A stretch of DNA of 64,000 nucleotides. Origin: Microscillaceae bacterium (GTDB taxonomy: Bacteria > Bacteroidota > Bacteroidia > Cytophagales > Microscillaceae). The DNA lies in assembly GCA_025455045.1 (NCBI GenBank), contig JALONJ010000001.1, positions 3,642-67,641 on the forward strand. Direction: 5' to 3'. Below are positions 36,431-46,056 of the stretch, piece after piece. The notes beneath the pieces were generated by a model, which worked only from the letters and a program-made list of their open reading frames with translations, did no database searches and was not told the origin of the DNA. Both the position numbers and the translations under genes were made by a program. Numbering within the stretch: the stretch's first letter is position 1; the number at the start of each line of letters is the position of its first letter.

Positions 36431-36633
36431 TTTCGATTTTGCTTTATATCTTAGTTTTTACATTAATTTTAGTCAATACATTTTATTTGTCTATTTCCAA
36501 TGATGATTTTTTTATAAAAAGTAATGAATGAAAGATTTGAGGAAGAATTGGCTTTTTATTTTGTCAAAAAAGGATAACTTGTTTTGCCAACAAATTATCC
36601 TTTGCGCATAGAAAATGGTTTTTTGATAAATAT

Positions 36634-36653
36634 TTGACCGTGTCTGCCTCTAG
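36634..36653 (+). repeat. Family-H module inside a Family-A element
   Basis: TTGAccgtgtctgcctctag followed by TTGAtaatca. Confidence 0.75.
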
Positions 36654-36673
36654 TTGATAATCAAACAATTAGC
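36645..36673. repeat. Family-A palindromic repeat (left arm displaced by Family-H insert)
   Basis: tgcctctagt TGATAATCA aacaattagc. Confidence 0.85.
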
Positions 36674-36682
36674 AACCGGAGT

Positions 36683-37294
36683 TTATTCCAAATAACTGAC
36701 TTTTTGCCCCTGCTCGGCTACTTTAAATTGCGAAGCGGTAATTTTAGCCACAAAAGGCTCGGAGTAAAAAATAGTTTGGTCATTCATTTTGAGCTTGAAG
36801 CGAACTTCGGTAGCAAAGTTGCCCTTGAATTGCGGGGCTGTAAATAAAACCGAATGTTGAGCCGGCAAATCCAATGTACCAAAAGTAGCTCCCATTCCCC
36901 AATCAAAATTCCAATATTCAATTGGTTGCCACTTGCCTTGCGGATTTTTGGCTTCTTGAATCATAATCAAGCTACCGTCTTGAGTAGTTATTTTTTGGGC
37001 TTGCCCGGAAGTATTAATCAAATTAAAAATAGATAATTGCGAGCTTTGTTCCCCAACTTTGACAAATTTGAGCGTAATTTGGGAATTGTTATCAATGTTT
37101 TCCGCTTTTTTGAGGTCAAAATACTGATACCAAGCCGGAGCCATAGTCGCTTCGGAAGGCGCATTTTGTTTAAACCAACTGGGGGCGGGCGATTGTGCCA
37201 CTGTGGTTGGGGGAGTGTTTTTTACCGGAATTGTCAAAGCTCCCAACACCAAAATGCTGCCGGAAAAAAGCAAAACTTTTAGTTTTCTTTTCAT
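36683..37294 (-). CDS. hypothetical secreted protein
   Basis: ATG 37294 gives MKRKLKVLLFSGSILVLGALT signal peptide; about 203 aa, beta-rich; no recognised domain. Confidence 0.55.
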   Translation of the reverse strand: MKRKLKVLLFSGSILVLGALTIPVKNTPPTTVAQSPAPSWFKQNAPSEATMAPAWYQYFDLKKAENIDNNSQITLKFVKVGEQSSQLSIFNLINTSGQAQKITTQDGSLIMIQEAKNPQGKWQPIEYWNFDWGMGATFGTLDLPAQHSVLFTAPQFKGNFATEVRFKLKMNDQTIFYSEPFVAKITASQFKVAEQGQKVSYLE

Positions 37295-37863
37295 AAATCC
37301 TTTTTTTCTAGGATATTTAGTTTTTTGAATCAATCAATTTAGCAAATTTTACCCGCCTTATTCATTTGGCGAAACCAATCAAGCAACCCCAAAAATGATA
37401 GCCTTTCGACTATTACTTTAGGTTAAGTTTTGGGAAATAGAAGTGTTTGTAAAATAATACTGAATCTTTCTTTAGTACAAAACGAAAAAATCCACAATTT
37501 TATTTTCGGATAGTTTTGTATTTGAAAAAAATAGAGCAATTTAATTTTGAGATTACTTTGCTCAATCAATACAAATCTACTGCCAAAAATACTTTTCCGT
37601 TTATAAATAGTTTAACCAGAAAGATTGGGTATAGTTTTGAAAAACTTAAAGTTTTCAAGGTTTTTGTCTGGGCAAAGCTAGGTAATGTTGGGGGAAATTG
37701 CCAAACTTCCCAAAGAAAATTTTTTATTTTTTTTATTTTAAGCCACAAGCATTTGTTGGGTAAGGTAATTTTCGGCTGTTCCTTGTTTAAAGCTCTACAT
37801 TTAACGCAAATTTGAGTACTAGAATCAATCTTGCTCTATAAATAAGTTGGCAAGTATAGTCGA

Positions 37864-38562
37864 CTAAGCCTTTTTTTTGTCATTCAAAATGGACCTTTCG
37901 TCGCGCAAGAGTTCGCTCAAGAGAATCAGTCGTATCTCCAAAGCGAAAGTATTGAACAACAAAACCCCAAACGCCGGATGATTGGCAGTATGTTCGGTCT
38001 CAAAAGCTTGAAATCCTTTGGCAGTAATTTTCTTATCTTTGAATCGCACTTCGCCCAATGATTTGTTGGGTGCCAAGACTTTGAAATAGTTACCGTTTTT
38101 GATAATTTCATACGAAATTTGGTTATCGGGAGTATCGCTTATTTTGATTTTTCCGTCCTCGAAACTCACTTGCCAAAGTAGTTTCCCTTCTATATCGCGC
38201 AATTGGAGGGCTTTTTCGCTGTATTGGGTGGTAGCGATTACATCGCCTCTTTCATTGAAATATTGAGCTTTTTGCGGGGAATTAAATTGCCCGGTAATTG
38301 TATTTTTTTGCTCATTAAACTCCAATACTGCTTCGCGGGCGGTGAGCAAAATATGAGCAAACCAGTCGCTTTCGGTAGCGGTGGTGGTTTTGATAAGCCA
38401 CTGACGTTGGTTTTCTTGGGGGGCTGTACTTTTTTTGTTTCTTTCTTCGCCCAAACTGTATTGATTGTTTTCTTCTTTGCTTGGTTTAGGTTGGTTGCAA
38501 TGGGCAGTCAGTATCACCAGCCAAATCCATAACAACGGACGAATTTTTTTTTGAATATTCAT
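37864..38562 (-). CDS. hypothetical secreted protein or lipoprotein
   Basis: 232 aa; N-terminal LLWIWLVILTAHC; no recognised domain. Confidence 0.55.
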   Translation of the reverse strand: MNIQKKIRPLLWIWLVILTAHCNQPKPSKEENNQYSLGEERNKKSTAPQENQRQWLIKTTTATESDWFAHILLTAREAVLEFNEQKNTITGQFNSPQKAQYFNERGDVIATTQYSEKALQLRDIEGKLLWQVSFEDGKIKISDTPDNQISYEIIKNGNYFKVLAPNKSLGEVRFKDKKITAKGFQAFETEHTANHPAFGVLLFNTFALEIRLILLSELLRDERSILNDKKKA

Positions 38563-38662
38563 AAATTCTTGCTATACAAAAGTTTGATTTTGAGAGAAAT
38601 ATAAATTTAATTGCCTTGTAAACTACTGACCTTGAGAATTGACCATTAAAAATTAAAAATGG

Positions 38663-38691
38663 TCTAATCACTTGATTATCAATGATTTATA
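38663..38691. repeat. Family-A palindromic repeat
   Basis: tctaatcact TGATTATCA atgatttata. Confidence 0.85.
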
Positions 38692-38978
38692 TTTTTAAAG
38701 TATTATGTGATTTGTCGGCATTGCTCAATACTAGGCAAGCTACAAAGTAAGAAAAAACTTTTCAAGAAATCGTTTTTTAAGGGGGAAAATTCATCATCTT
38801 AAGTTAAAAGAGTGATTTTCAGGTACTTACCACCCCCAAAAAAAAATCCCCAAATTTTGGAAGTGATTTCTACTTAGAAAACTTAAAAAATCATCATTGC
38901 TTTATCTAAAATAAATTTGCAACTTTACAAATCAACAATTCTTTGTCAAGAATACTTCGGACCTTTTTTTGTAAGTAA

Positions 38979-38998
38979 TTGACTGGGTCTGCCTCTGG
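38979..38998 (+). repeat. Family-H module inside a Family-A element
   Basis: TTGActgggtctgcctctgg followed by TTGAtaatcc. Confidence 0.75.
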
Positions 38999-39048
38999 TT
39001 GATAATCCGCCAAAGGCGGGCAAGTTTTTAAGATGGGCTGATGTGCTA

Positions 39049-39077
39049 ATTAAAAACCTGATTATCAGGTATTTACA
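39049..39077. repeat. Family-A palindromic repeat
   Basis: attaaaaacc TGATTATCA ggtatttaca. Confidence 0.85.
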
Positions 39078-39214
39078 AAACACAAATTCTTAAGTTATTT
39101 TTTAATCGTTCCTTAGCAAATAACTCGGAACTGGAAACTATCCGAACTATTGTTTTTAAAAGATTACTCATTTTGATAAGTCATTGCATTTTCTTATAAT
39201 ATATATTTTTTTGA

Positions 39215-41164
39215 ATGAATAAATTGGGTTGGATATTGATTTTTTTGTTGATGCCTGCCACCGGTGGGTTAGCCCAACCACAAATTGATAGCCTCCAACA
39301 AGCCCTTAAAAAAAGTCAAAATCTATCAAGTAAATCGCTGATTATCAATCAAATAGCTTACGCTTACCGCGAAACCAACCCCAATGAAGCCCGTAAACAC
39401 GCCCACGAAGCCGAAGAAATAGCCCTTAAAAATAATTTGACCAAAGAGCTAGGCAAAATTTATGAAAATTTGGGCTGGATTTATTATCGAATGGGCGATG
39501 CCCACATTGCGCTGGAGTATAACCTCAAAGCCCTCAAATTCAATGAGTTATATCAAAATAAAACCGAGCTTTTGCATACTTACAATAATCTTGCGGCTAT
39601 TTATGTCGACCAAGCCAAGTTTGACTTGGGTTTAGAAAATCTTTTCAAAGCCCTCGAACTTGCCAATCAACTCAACTCAATTCGCGGCAAAAGCCGCACG
39701 CTCAACAATCTGGCTTACAATTATTTGACGCAAAAAAAACTAGACTCGGCTTTGTACTATGCGCAAATCTGCCTGCGATTTAGCCAAAATGTCAATTATC
39801 AAGAGTCGGTGGCTTTTGCGATGCGCAATTTGGGCGATATATATTTACTTAAAAAACAAAATCCCAAAGCTCGCAATTATTATCAACAAGGTTTGGTAAT
39901 TAGTCAAAAAACTCAATATAATTTTCTCATTGCCACGCTTACTACCTGCATCGGCGAAACTTATATTCCCGAAAACCCCACTACAGCCCTGCGCTATTTG
40001 CAAGAAGCGGTAATTTTAGCTAAAAAATACGGTTATCAAGAAGAATTGCCCTTCATTTATCAAAAAATCTCCGAAGTTGCCTTGCTTCAAAAAGATTTTG
40101 CTTTGGCGTATCGCTACAGTCAAATGTATGCCGAAATCAAAGATACACTTGCCAATTTTGAGCGTATCAAACAAATGGAATACCTGAACTACCAAGCCGA
40201 AAACATCAAGAAACAAAGCAAAATAGATTTATTAGCCAAAGATAGCCTCATCCAGACCGCCCAAATCAAGGCGCAACAAAGGCTCATTTGGATTGTAGTG
40301 ATTATTTTAATCTTGATTGTATTGCTTTTGGGACTAACGATGTATATCAACCGTTTGCGACAAAGAAATAACCTGATTTTACAACATCAAAAAAATGAAT
40401 TAGAACAAAAAAACGCCGAAATTTCACTCCAAAAAGAAGAAATCAAAAGTCAAGCCGAGCATTTGCAAGCGTTGAATGACCTGAAAAACAAACTTTTCTC
40501 CATTATCAGCCACGATTTGCGAACACCCATTGGCAGTATGAAAAATGTAATCTATTTGCTCGAGAATCGCTTCCTCAATCAAGAGGAGTTTTTCTCGATG
40601 GCGGGCGAATTGAAAAAAAATGTCGATTCTACTTTTTATACTCTCGACAATCTTTTGCAATGGGTGCTGACCCAAATGGAAGGAGTAAGTGTAAAACCTA
40701 CTTCTTTGAATATTTATACAATGGTGCAAAACAAATTGGATTTGTATGCCGAGTATATCCAAAGCAAAAAAATACGCGTCCACAACCAAATAACCGCCGA
40801 TGCTTACTTTTGGGCTGATTTTCAGCATATTGACTTGGTGTTAAGAAATTTAATTGGCAATGCGCTCAAATTTACCCCACGGGGTGGGCAAATCGAGATT
40901 AGTTATGTTGTCAGACCCAATGCAGGTGAGGTTTGGATAAAAGACTCAGGGGTGGGAATTTCGGATGATGATTTGACTAAATTGTTTCAAGTCAAACAAA
41001 ATATCAGCCGTTATGGTACCGACAATGAAAAAGGAACAGGCATTGGTCTCTTGCTTTGTAAGGAGTTTATTGAGCGCAATCAGGGCAAAATTTGGGCGGA
41101 AAGTAAGCTCAATGAAGGCAGTACTTTCAAATTTTGTTTGCCCACGCAAACAAGCAAAATCTAG
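39215..41164 (+). CDS. tetratricopeptide-repeat sensor histidine kinase
   Basis: 649 aa; signal peptide, about 7 TPR-like units (NLAAIYVDQAKFDLGLENLFKALEL...), one TM (LIWIVVIILILIVLLLGL), coiled coil, H-box FSIISHDLRTPIG, HATPase_c (LIGNALKFTP, DSGVGI, GTGIGLLLCKEF). Confidence 0.9.
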   Translation: MNKLGWILIFLLMPATGGLAQPQIDSLQQALKKSQNLSSKSLIINQIAYAYRETNPNEARKHAHEAEEIALKNNLTKELGKIYENLGWIYYRMGDAHIALEYNLKALKFNELYQNKTELLHTYNNLAAIYVDQAKFDLGLENLFKALELANQLNSIRGKSRTLNNLAYNYLTQKKLDSALYYAQICLRFSQNVNYQESVAFAMRNLGDIYLLKKQNPKARNYYQQGLVISQKTQYNFLIATLTTCIGETYIPENPTTALRYLQEAVILAKKYGYQEELPFIYQKISEVALLQKDFALAYRYSQMYAEIKDTLANFERIKQMEYLNYQAENIKKQSKIDLLAKDSLIQTAQIKAQQRLIWIVVIILILIVLLLGLTMYINRLRQRNNLILQHQKNELEQKNAEISLQKEEIKSQAEHLQALNDLKNKLFSIISHDLRTPIGSMKNVIYLLENRFLNQEEFFSMAGELKKNVDSTFYTLDNLLQWVLTQMEGVSVKPTSLNIYTMVQNKLDLYAEYIQSKKIRVHNQITADAYFWADFQHIDLVLRNLIGNALKFTPRGGQIEISYVVRPNAGEVWIKDSGVGISDDDLTKLFQVKQNISRYGTDNEKGTGIGLLLCKEFIERNQGKIWAESKLNEGSTFKFCLPTQTSKI

Positions 41165-41246
41165 CATTATTTGTTTATCAAAAATTTTAACCAAAAACTT
41201 ATTTCTGCGTAATTAATTATAAGCAATTAACTTACAAGTACAGGAT

Positions 41247-41753
41247 ATGAAAAAAAGTCTCATTTTATGGCTATTTATCGCTTCTTTTGGCTTCATTGGT
41301 GAAATTTTGGCGCAAGGTGGAGGCACCAAAGGGTCGGTTTCGGGCGGAACAAAAACCAATACTTATCAAAGTTCCAACGAGTTATTAACTACTTTGGGGG
41401 TTACAACTGCCCAAGGTATGTATATCACGTATGCAGCGATTGGTACACTCGCCGATGCCTACAGCAAGGGAGCTTATGAAAAGGATTTTGCTATTCAAAT
41501 GATTGGTGAATACGTAGCCCTTACCAATACCGTACACAAGCAATTGCAAAAACTATTGGACTCCAAAACCCTTGATGCTGCCGATACCAAGTTTATCAAA
41601 GATGTATTGCTTACTTATGGCTACTTGGAGTCCGAAGCCGGAGCTTATAAAAGCTATATGGAAACCGATGACTATCAGTATGTAACCAAATACAGCGAAA
41701 ATCGAGAAAAGGCTTGGGCAAAAATTTCGGAATTATTGGGTTTTAAAAAATAA
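41247..41753 (+). CDS. hypothetical secreted protein
   Basis: 168 aa; signal peptide MKKSLILWLFIASFGFIGEILAQ; helical; no recognised domain. Confidence 0.55.
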   Translation: MKKSLILWLFIASFGFIGEILAQGGGTKGSVSGGTKTNTYQSSNELLTTLGVTTAQGMYITYAAIGTLADAYSKGAYEKDFAIQMIGEYVALTNTVHKQLQKLLDSKTLDAADTKFIKDVLLTYGYLESEAGAYKSYMETDDYQYVTKYSENREKAWAKISELLGFKK

Positions 41754-41834
41754 TTACAAACGGTTTTGAGCGTGGTTTGTGGCTTTAACAGCCACGTTTG
41801 GGATATGTTTCTGTCTTATATCCAAAATTAAGTG

Positions 41835-41867
41835 AACTTCGGCAAAGTTTTAAACTTTGCCGAAGTT
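41835..41867. terminator. Family-D hairpin positioned as a bidirectional terminator between convergent genes
   Basis: AACTTCGGCAAAGTTttaAACTTTGCCGAAGTT between the 41247-41753 (+) gene and hupE-like gene (-); no flanking T-run. Confidence 0.5.
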
Positions 41868-41917
41868 GCGTAAAGCGGTTTTTGTCAAAAAAAATCACTT
41901 TTGATGGCGTATAAAAA

Positions 41918-42535
41918 TTATAAACCTTCGGGTTTCCAACCCAATTTATCCAACAACAACCAAACAGCCAGCACCGCCGCCACGCCCGACAAGGCATAAT
42001 TCCACCAATCGGCGCGCAAACGCAAAAGTTTTACGACCAAACTACCCAATAGCAAAACCATAATAACCACAATGATTTGCCCAATTTCAATCCCTACATT
42101 AAAAGCCAACAAACGCCAAGCAATTCCCTCAAGATTATTCCCAAACATATCGCGCAAAAAATTGGAAAAGGCAAAACCGTGAATAAAGCCAAATATTACC
42201 GCCAATCCATAACGCACATAAAGGCGTGAGCTTTGGTTAAATGACTGATTGCTAGGCTGTTCCCAAAAATTGAGTAAAGCTGTAATCAAAATAGTAATCG
42301 GAATAAGAGTCTCGATGAGGGCTTTGTCAAAACCCACCACTTGCAAAACTGCCAAAGCCAAAGTCAGGGAATGTCCGAGGGTAAATGCCGTGATCAAAAT
42401 CAAAATTTTGCGCCATTGAGCAAGCTGATAAATCGCCGAAAGTACTACAATAAACAAAATATGGTCAATACCCGAAAATTTTTTGTCAATAATATGCTCA
42501 AATCCAATTTGAAAAAAAGCTTGAAACTCTGTCAT
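41918..42535 (-). CDS. HupE/UreJ-family membrane protein (putative Ni/Co transporter)
   Basis: 205 aa; GFEHIIDKKFSGIDHILFIVVL and TLGHSLTLA match the HupE/UreJ_2 pattern as I remember it; 6 hydrophobic helices. Confidence 0.7.
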   Translation of the reverse strand: MTEFQAFFQIGFEHIIDKKFSGIDHILFIVVLSAIYQLAQWRKILILITAFTLGHSLTLALAVLQVVGFDKALIETLIPITILITALLNFWEQPSNQSFNQSSRLYVRYGLAVIFGFIHGFAFSNFLRDMFGNNLEGIAWRLLAFNVGIEIGQIIVVIMVLLLGSLVVKLLRLRADWWNYALSGVAAVLAVWLLLDKLGWKPEGL

Positions 42536-42637
42536 TTACACTTAAAAATTTAGATTTGTTGAGGTTGTATCAATGTCAAGAGAATGATTAACCGTACAAA
42601 GATACATCGCTTTCTATGATTAAAAAAATTATTATTT

Positions 42638-42666
42638 CTTAATTAATTGATAATCAGGGCTTTATA
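42638..42666. repeat. Family-A palindromic repeat
   Basis: cttaattaat TGATAATCA gggctttata. Confidence 0.85.
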
Positions 42667-42683
42667 AATTTATTTTAAAATTT

Positions 42684-42760
42684 CACGGAATATTGTAATG
42701 CAGGCTGTCTAGCCTGCCCCCGCAAATGTGTTTAGACTTGCGATAAAGTTAGACCTTCTT
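42684..42760 (+). repeat. Family-B GC-hairpin repeat, about 75-nt copy
   Basis: cacggaatattgtaatGCAGGCTgtctAGCCTGCccccgcaaatgtgtttagacttgcgataaagttagaccttctt. Confidence 0.75.
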
Positions 42761-42802
42761 AAAATGGGTAAAAAACCAAATTCATCTCGGAAGCGAATTT
42801 AT

Positions 42803-42831
42803 TATAAATACTTGATTATCAAGTACTTATA
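42803..42831. repeat. Family-A palindromic repeat
   Basis: tataaatact TGATTATCA agtacttata. Confidence 0.9.
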
Positions 42832-42981
42832 AAAACAAATATTTTTCAACTCACCCAGCGATTTATTCAAGCCTCATTTTTTACGCTTCATCTATTGAAA
42901 TACCCGCTTCTTCGGCAAACTGTGTTATTTGGTGAATCTGTGATTTAATTTTGATTCATCAATTTTAAATCATTTATAACA

Positions 42982-45357
42982 ATGAAAAATCTACTGCTAA
43001 CTTTTCTGGGAATTATCTTAGCCGGTCAACTGTTTGCCCAAACCCAAACAATTCGGGGGCAAATCATTGACCAACAGGCAAAATCGCCTTTGGCGGGGGC
43101 TACAGTGTTTATTCCTGATACTGAACCTTTGATTGGGGCTACTACCGATGCCGAAGGCTATTATGAACTCAAAAATGTGCCTTTGGGCAGGGTTGCAATC
43201 AAAATTTCGTATTTGGGTTACAAAGAACAATTTTTACCCAATATATTGGTCAATGCCGGCAAAGAAGTTTTATTAAATGTAGAGTTGGAAGAACAAATTT
43301 TGGCGGGAGCCGAAGTGGTGATTCGCGCCAATGCCGACAAAACCCAATTAAACAATGAATTTTCGGCGGTGAGTTCGCGGGGCTTCAGTCTCGAAGATGT
43401 AACGCGCTACGCCGGTAGCCGCAACGACCCCGCGCGGATGGCAACCAATTTTGCCGGAGTAAGTGGCGCAAATGATGCTCGTAACGATATTGTGATTCGG
43501 GGCAACTCGCCTACCGGTTTATTGTGGCGTTTGGAAGGTATTGATATTCCTTCGCCCAACCATTATGGCACTTTGGGAACTACGGGCGGTCCCGTAGGAA
43601 TGTTGAACAACAATGTATTGGCAAATTCCGATTTTATGACGGGTGCGTTTCCGGCAGAGTACGGCAATGCCAATGCGGGGGTTTTTGATATTAAAATGCG
43701 AACCGGCAACAATGCCAAGCAAGAACGATTGTTTCAAATCGGATTTGCCGGATTTGAAGCGGGTTTGGAAGGTCCGTTTAATAAAAACAGCAAAGCCACT
43801 TATTTGGTCAATTATCGCTATTCTACTTTGGCGGTGTTTAGTGCTTTGGGGATTCCCTTTGGTACGGGTACAGCAGTTCCCCAATACCAAGATATTTCTT
43901 TTAAAATAAACCTTCCCAGCCAAAAAATCGGTACATTTTCTATATTTGGTTTGGGAGGAACAAGTAAAATTGATTTATTGGGAAGCGATACCGAAAAACC
44001 TGACCCTCAAGATGCCTTTGGCGACATCAACGAAGACTCAAGATTCAAAGCCGGAATGGGCGTAGTGGGTGTATCGCACACCTATTTTTTCAACAAAAAC
44101 ACCTATTCTGAAATTACTTTGGCAGTATCGGGCAGTTACAATCGGGGCACCATTGATTCACTCACACGCAGTAGTGAAGGGCAAGTGATTGACCGAACTT
44201 ATGCGGCGGCACTTAATTTTAGTCAGCATAAATACAGCTTGCGAGCGCAAATCAACAAGAAATTTAATGCCCGCAACAGTGTAAATATCGGGATTTTGAC
44301 TGATTTTTTGAATGTCAATTTAGCCGACAGTTCTTTGAATCGAGATACGGGCAATTTTTTATTGCTGAGAGATTTTGCCGGAAGCAGTACTTTGTTCCAA
44401 GCTTATGCCCAATGGCAGCACCGCTTCAATGACAAACTGATTTTAAATTCGGGTTTGCATTATCAAATATTTGCCCTCAACAATTCGCAGGCAATTGAGC
44501 CACGCGTGGGTTTGAAATACCGATTCAATGACAAACAATCTTTGAGTTTGGGTTTGGGTTTGCATAGTCAATTACAACCTTTACAAACTTATTTTCAGGA
44601 AGTTAGCTTAAATAATGGGGCAAAATTTCGTTCCAACGAAAATTTAGGCTTTACACGCAGTATGCACTATGTATTGGCTTATGACAATGCCTTGAGCAAT
44701 GATTTTCGCCTCAAAGCCGAAGTGTATTATCAAAATATTTGGAATGCTGCCGTAGAACAAACTGCCTCATCTTTCTCGATGCTCAATGCCGGAGCCGGTT
44801 TTGGAATTCCCGATAAAAATTACTTGGTCAATGATGGCACGGGTTATAATTATGGACTTGAATTGACCTTGGAGAAATTTTTTAGTCAAAATTATTATTT
44901 CTTGTTTACGACTTCCGTTTTCAATTCAAAATACGAAGGTTCAGACAAAATTGAGCGCAACACAGCTTTTAATGGCAATTATGTGGTCAATTTGTTGGGA
45001 GGGCGGGAATTTAAAGTACGGGGGAAAAATGTCATATTTTTGGATACCAAATTCACCATAGCCGGTGGCAACCGCTACACACCCATTGATTTGAACGCCT
45101 CAATTGCCAATGGCTACGAAATATTAAGCGAAGCAGATGCTTTTTTGGAGCAATTTCCGACTTATATTCGTTGGGATATAAAAATGGGTTATCGCATCAA
45201 TCGCGCCAAACTTACCCACGAGTTTTTTGTGGATATTCAGAATATTAGCAACCAAAAAAATGTATTTATTCGCCGCTTCAATCGCACCACCCAAAGCATT
45301 ACCGATACTAACCAATTGGGCTTGTTTCCGGTGGTGCAATACCGGCTAACTTTCTGA
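42982..45357 (+). CDS. TonB-dependent receptor with carboxypeptidase-regulatory-like N-terminal domain
   Basis: 791 aa; signal peptide; IRGQIIDQQAKSPLAGATVFI...GYYELKNVPLGRVAIKISYLGY; plug (RNDIVIRGNSPTGLLWRLEGIDIP); beta-barrel ending YRLTF. Confidence 0.88.
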   Translation: MKNLLLTFLGIILAGQLFAQTQTIRGQIIDQQAKSPLAGATVFIPDTEPLIGATTDAEGYYELKNVPLGRVAIKISYLGYKEQFLPNILVNAGKEVLLNVELEEQILAGAEVVIRANADKTQLNNEFSAVSSRGFSLEDVTRYAGSRNDPARMATNFAGVSGANDARNDIVIRGNSPTGLLWRLEGIDIPSPNHYGTLGTTGGPVGMLNNNVLANSDFMTGAFPAEYGNANAGVFDIKMRTGNNAKQERLFQIGFAGFEAGLEGPFNKNSKATYLVNYRYSTLAVFSALGIPFGTGTAVPQYQDISFKINLPSQKIGTFSIFGLGGTSKIDLLGSDTEKPDPQDAFGDINEDSRFKAGMGVVGVSHTYFFNKNTYSEITLAVSGSYNRGTIDSLTRSSEGQVIDRTYAAALNFSQHKYSLRAQINKKFNARNSVNIGILTDFLNVNLADSSLNRDTGNFLLLRDFAGSSTLFQAYAQWQHRFNDKLILNSGLHYQIFALNNSQAIEPRVGLKYRFNDKQSLSLGLGLHSQLQPLQTYFQEVSLNNGAKFRSNENLGFTRSMHYVLAYDNALSNDFRLKAEVYYQNIWNAAVEQTASSFSMLNAGAGFGIPDKNYLVNDGTGYNYGLELTLEKFFSQNYYFLFTTSVFNSKYEGSDKIERNTAFNGNYVVNLLGGREFKVRGKNVIFLDTKFTIAGGNRYTPIDLNASIANGYEILSEADAFLEQFPTYIRWDIKMGYRINRAKLTHEFFVDIQNISNQKNVFIRRFNRTTQSITDTNQLGLFPVVQYRLTF

Positions 45358-45373
45358 TAATCAGATACTTACA
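45345..45373. repeat. Family-A palindromic repeat
   Basis: gctaactttc TGATAATCA gatacttaca; the TGA is the stop codon of the TonB-dependent receptor. Confidence 0.9.
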
Positions 45374-45412
45374 AAACCTCATCAAATTTTGATGAGGTTT
45401 ATTTTTTTTGTT
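45374..45412 (+). terminator. Rho-independent terminator after the TonB-dependent receptor gene
   Basis: aaacctcatcaaa t tttgatgaggttt followed by attttttttgtttttt. Confidence 0.85.
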
Positions 45413-45435
45413 TTTTAAAATTTTAAAGCCAAGAA

Positions 45436-46056
45436 TCATTTCTTTTTCTTTTTGCGCGTGCTAATCACAATTGCTCCACTTTTGGCAGTTTCGCCATACT
45501 TGGCTTGGGCTTCTTGGGGAAGCATATATTGGGAAGTTTTGATTTTTTTTGGGTCAATAAATTGCTCAGGGCTTAAATCAAACTTAGCAATAGAACCTAC
45601 CACCTCGTCATCAATTACTACCAACCAGTCAGCCGGAGGGGGCGGAGAATCTTCATACATAGCAAAGTTGATAGGCAAAAGCATATAAGTTTTTACTTTT
45701 CTGCCGTTTTGCTCGCCGGGCAGCCATTTTCCGGCGGCTTTGATTACGCGGATAGCTTCTTCTTCACAACCACCACCTATACCTTTTTGAACCTCAAAAT
45801 TAATCAAAGTACTATCGGTATTGACCACAAATTTGATGACAACCTTCCCATTGATGTTGGCATCTCGGGCTTCGGCGGGGTATCTGAGGTTTCGAGAAAT
45901 AAAATTATAAAAGGCTTGGCGACCCATTGCCGGTTCTGGAGCTTTGTCGAAAAAAAGTTCCAATTGGGTAGAATCTTGGCTGGGGGTCTGCCCAGAGGCG
46001 GTTAAAGTTCCCAAGCCTAAAAAAAATCCAAAAATTTTAAAAAAATTGAAATTCAT
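45436..46056 (-). CDS. TonB C-terminal domain-containing secreted protein
   Basis: 206 aa; signal peptide; FYNFISRNLRYPAEARDANINGKVVIKFVVNTDSTLINFEVQKGIGGGCEEEAIRVIK is a TonB_C-like fold; no N-terminal TM/Pro-rich TonB part. Confidence 0.7.
   Translation of the reverse strand: MNFNFFKIFGFFLGLGTLTASGQTPSQDSTQLELFFDKAPEPAMGRQAFYNFISRNLRYPAEARDANINGKVVIKFVVNTDSTLINFEVQKGIGGGCEEEAIRVIKAAGKWLPGEQNGRKVKTYMLLPINFAMYEDSPPPPADWLVVIDDEVVGSIAKFDLSPEQFIDPKKIKTSQYMLPQEAQAKYGETAKSGAIVISTRKKKKK

Larger units (their letters stand above)
38951..39152. mobile_element. Family-C-like composite element expanded by nested H, G and I modules
   Basis: aatacttcggac...ttgactgggtctgcctctgg ttgataatcc gccaaaggcgg...gatgggctgatgtgctaat...(A core 39059)...ccttagcaaataactcggaactggaaactatccgaactattg. 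Confidence 0.55.

Noticed and set aside
37516-37815. 99-aa TTG-initiated ORF in the 37334-37863 spacer
   Set aside because: It has a non-ATG start, an AT-rich low-complexity translation and no domain. It more likely belongs to the promoter or leader of the 36683-37294 gene.
42536-42981. Cobalamin or metal riboswitch in the divergent HupE / TonB-dependent receptor spacer
   Set aside because: I could not find a B12-box-like element. The structured parts of the spacer are ordinary Family-A and Family-B repeat copies.
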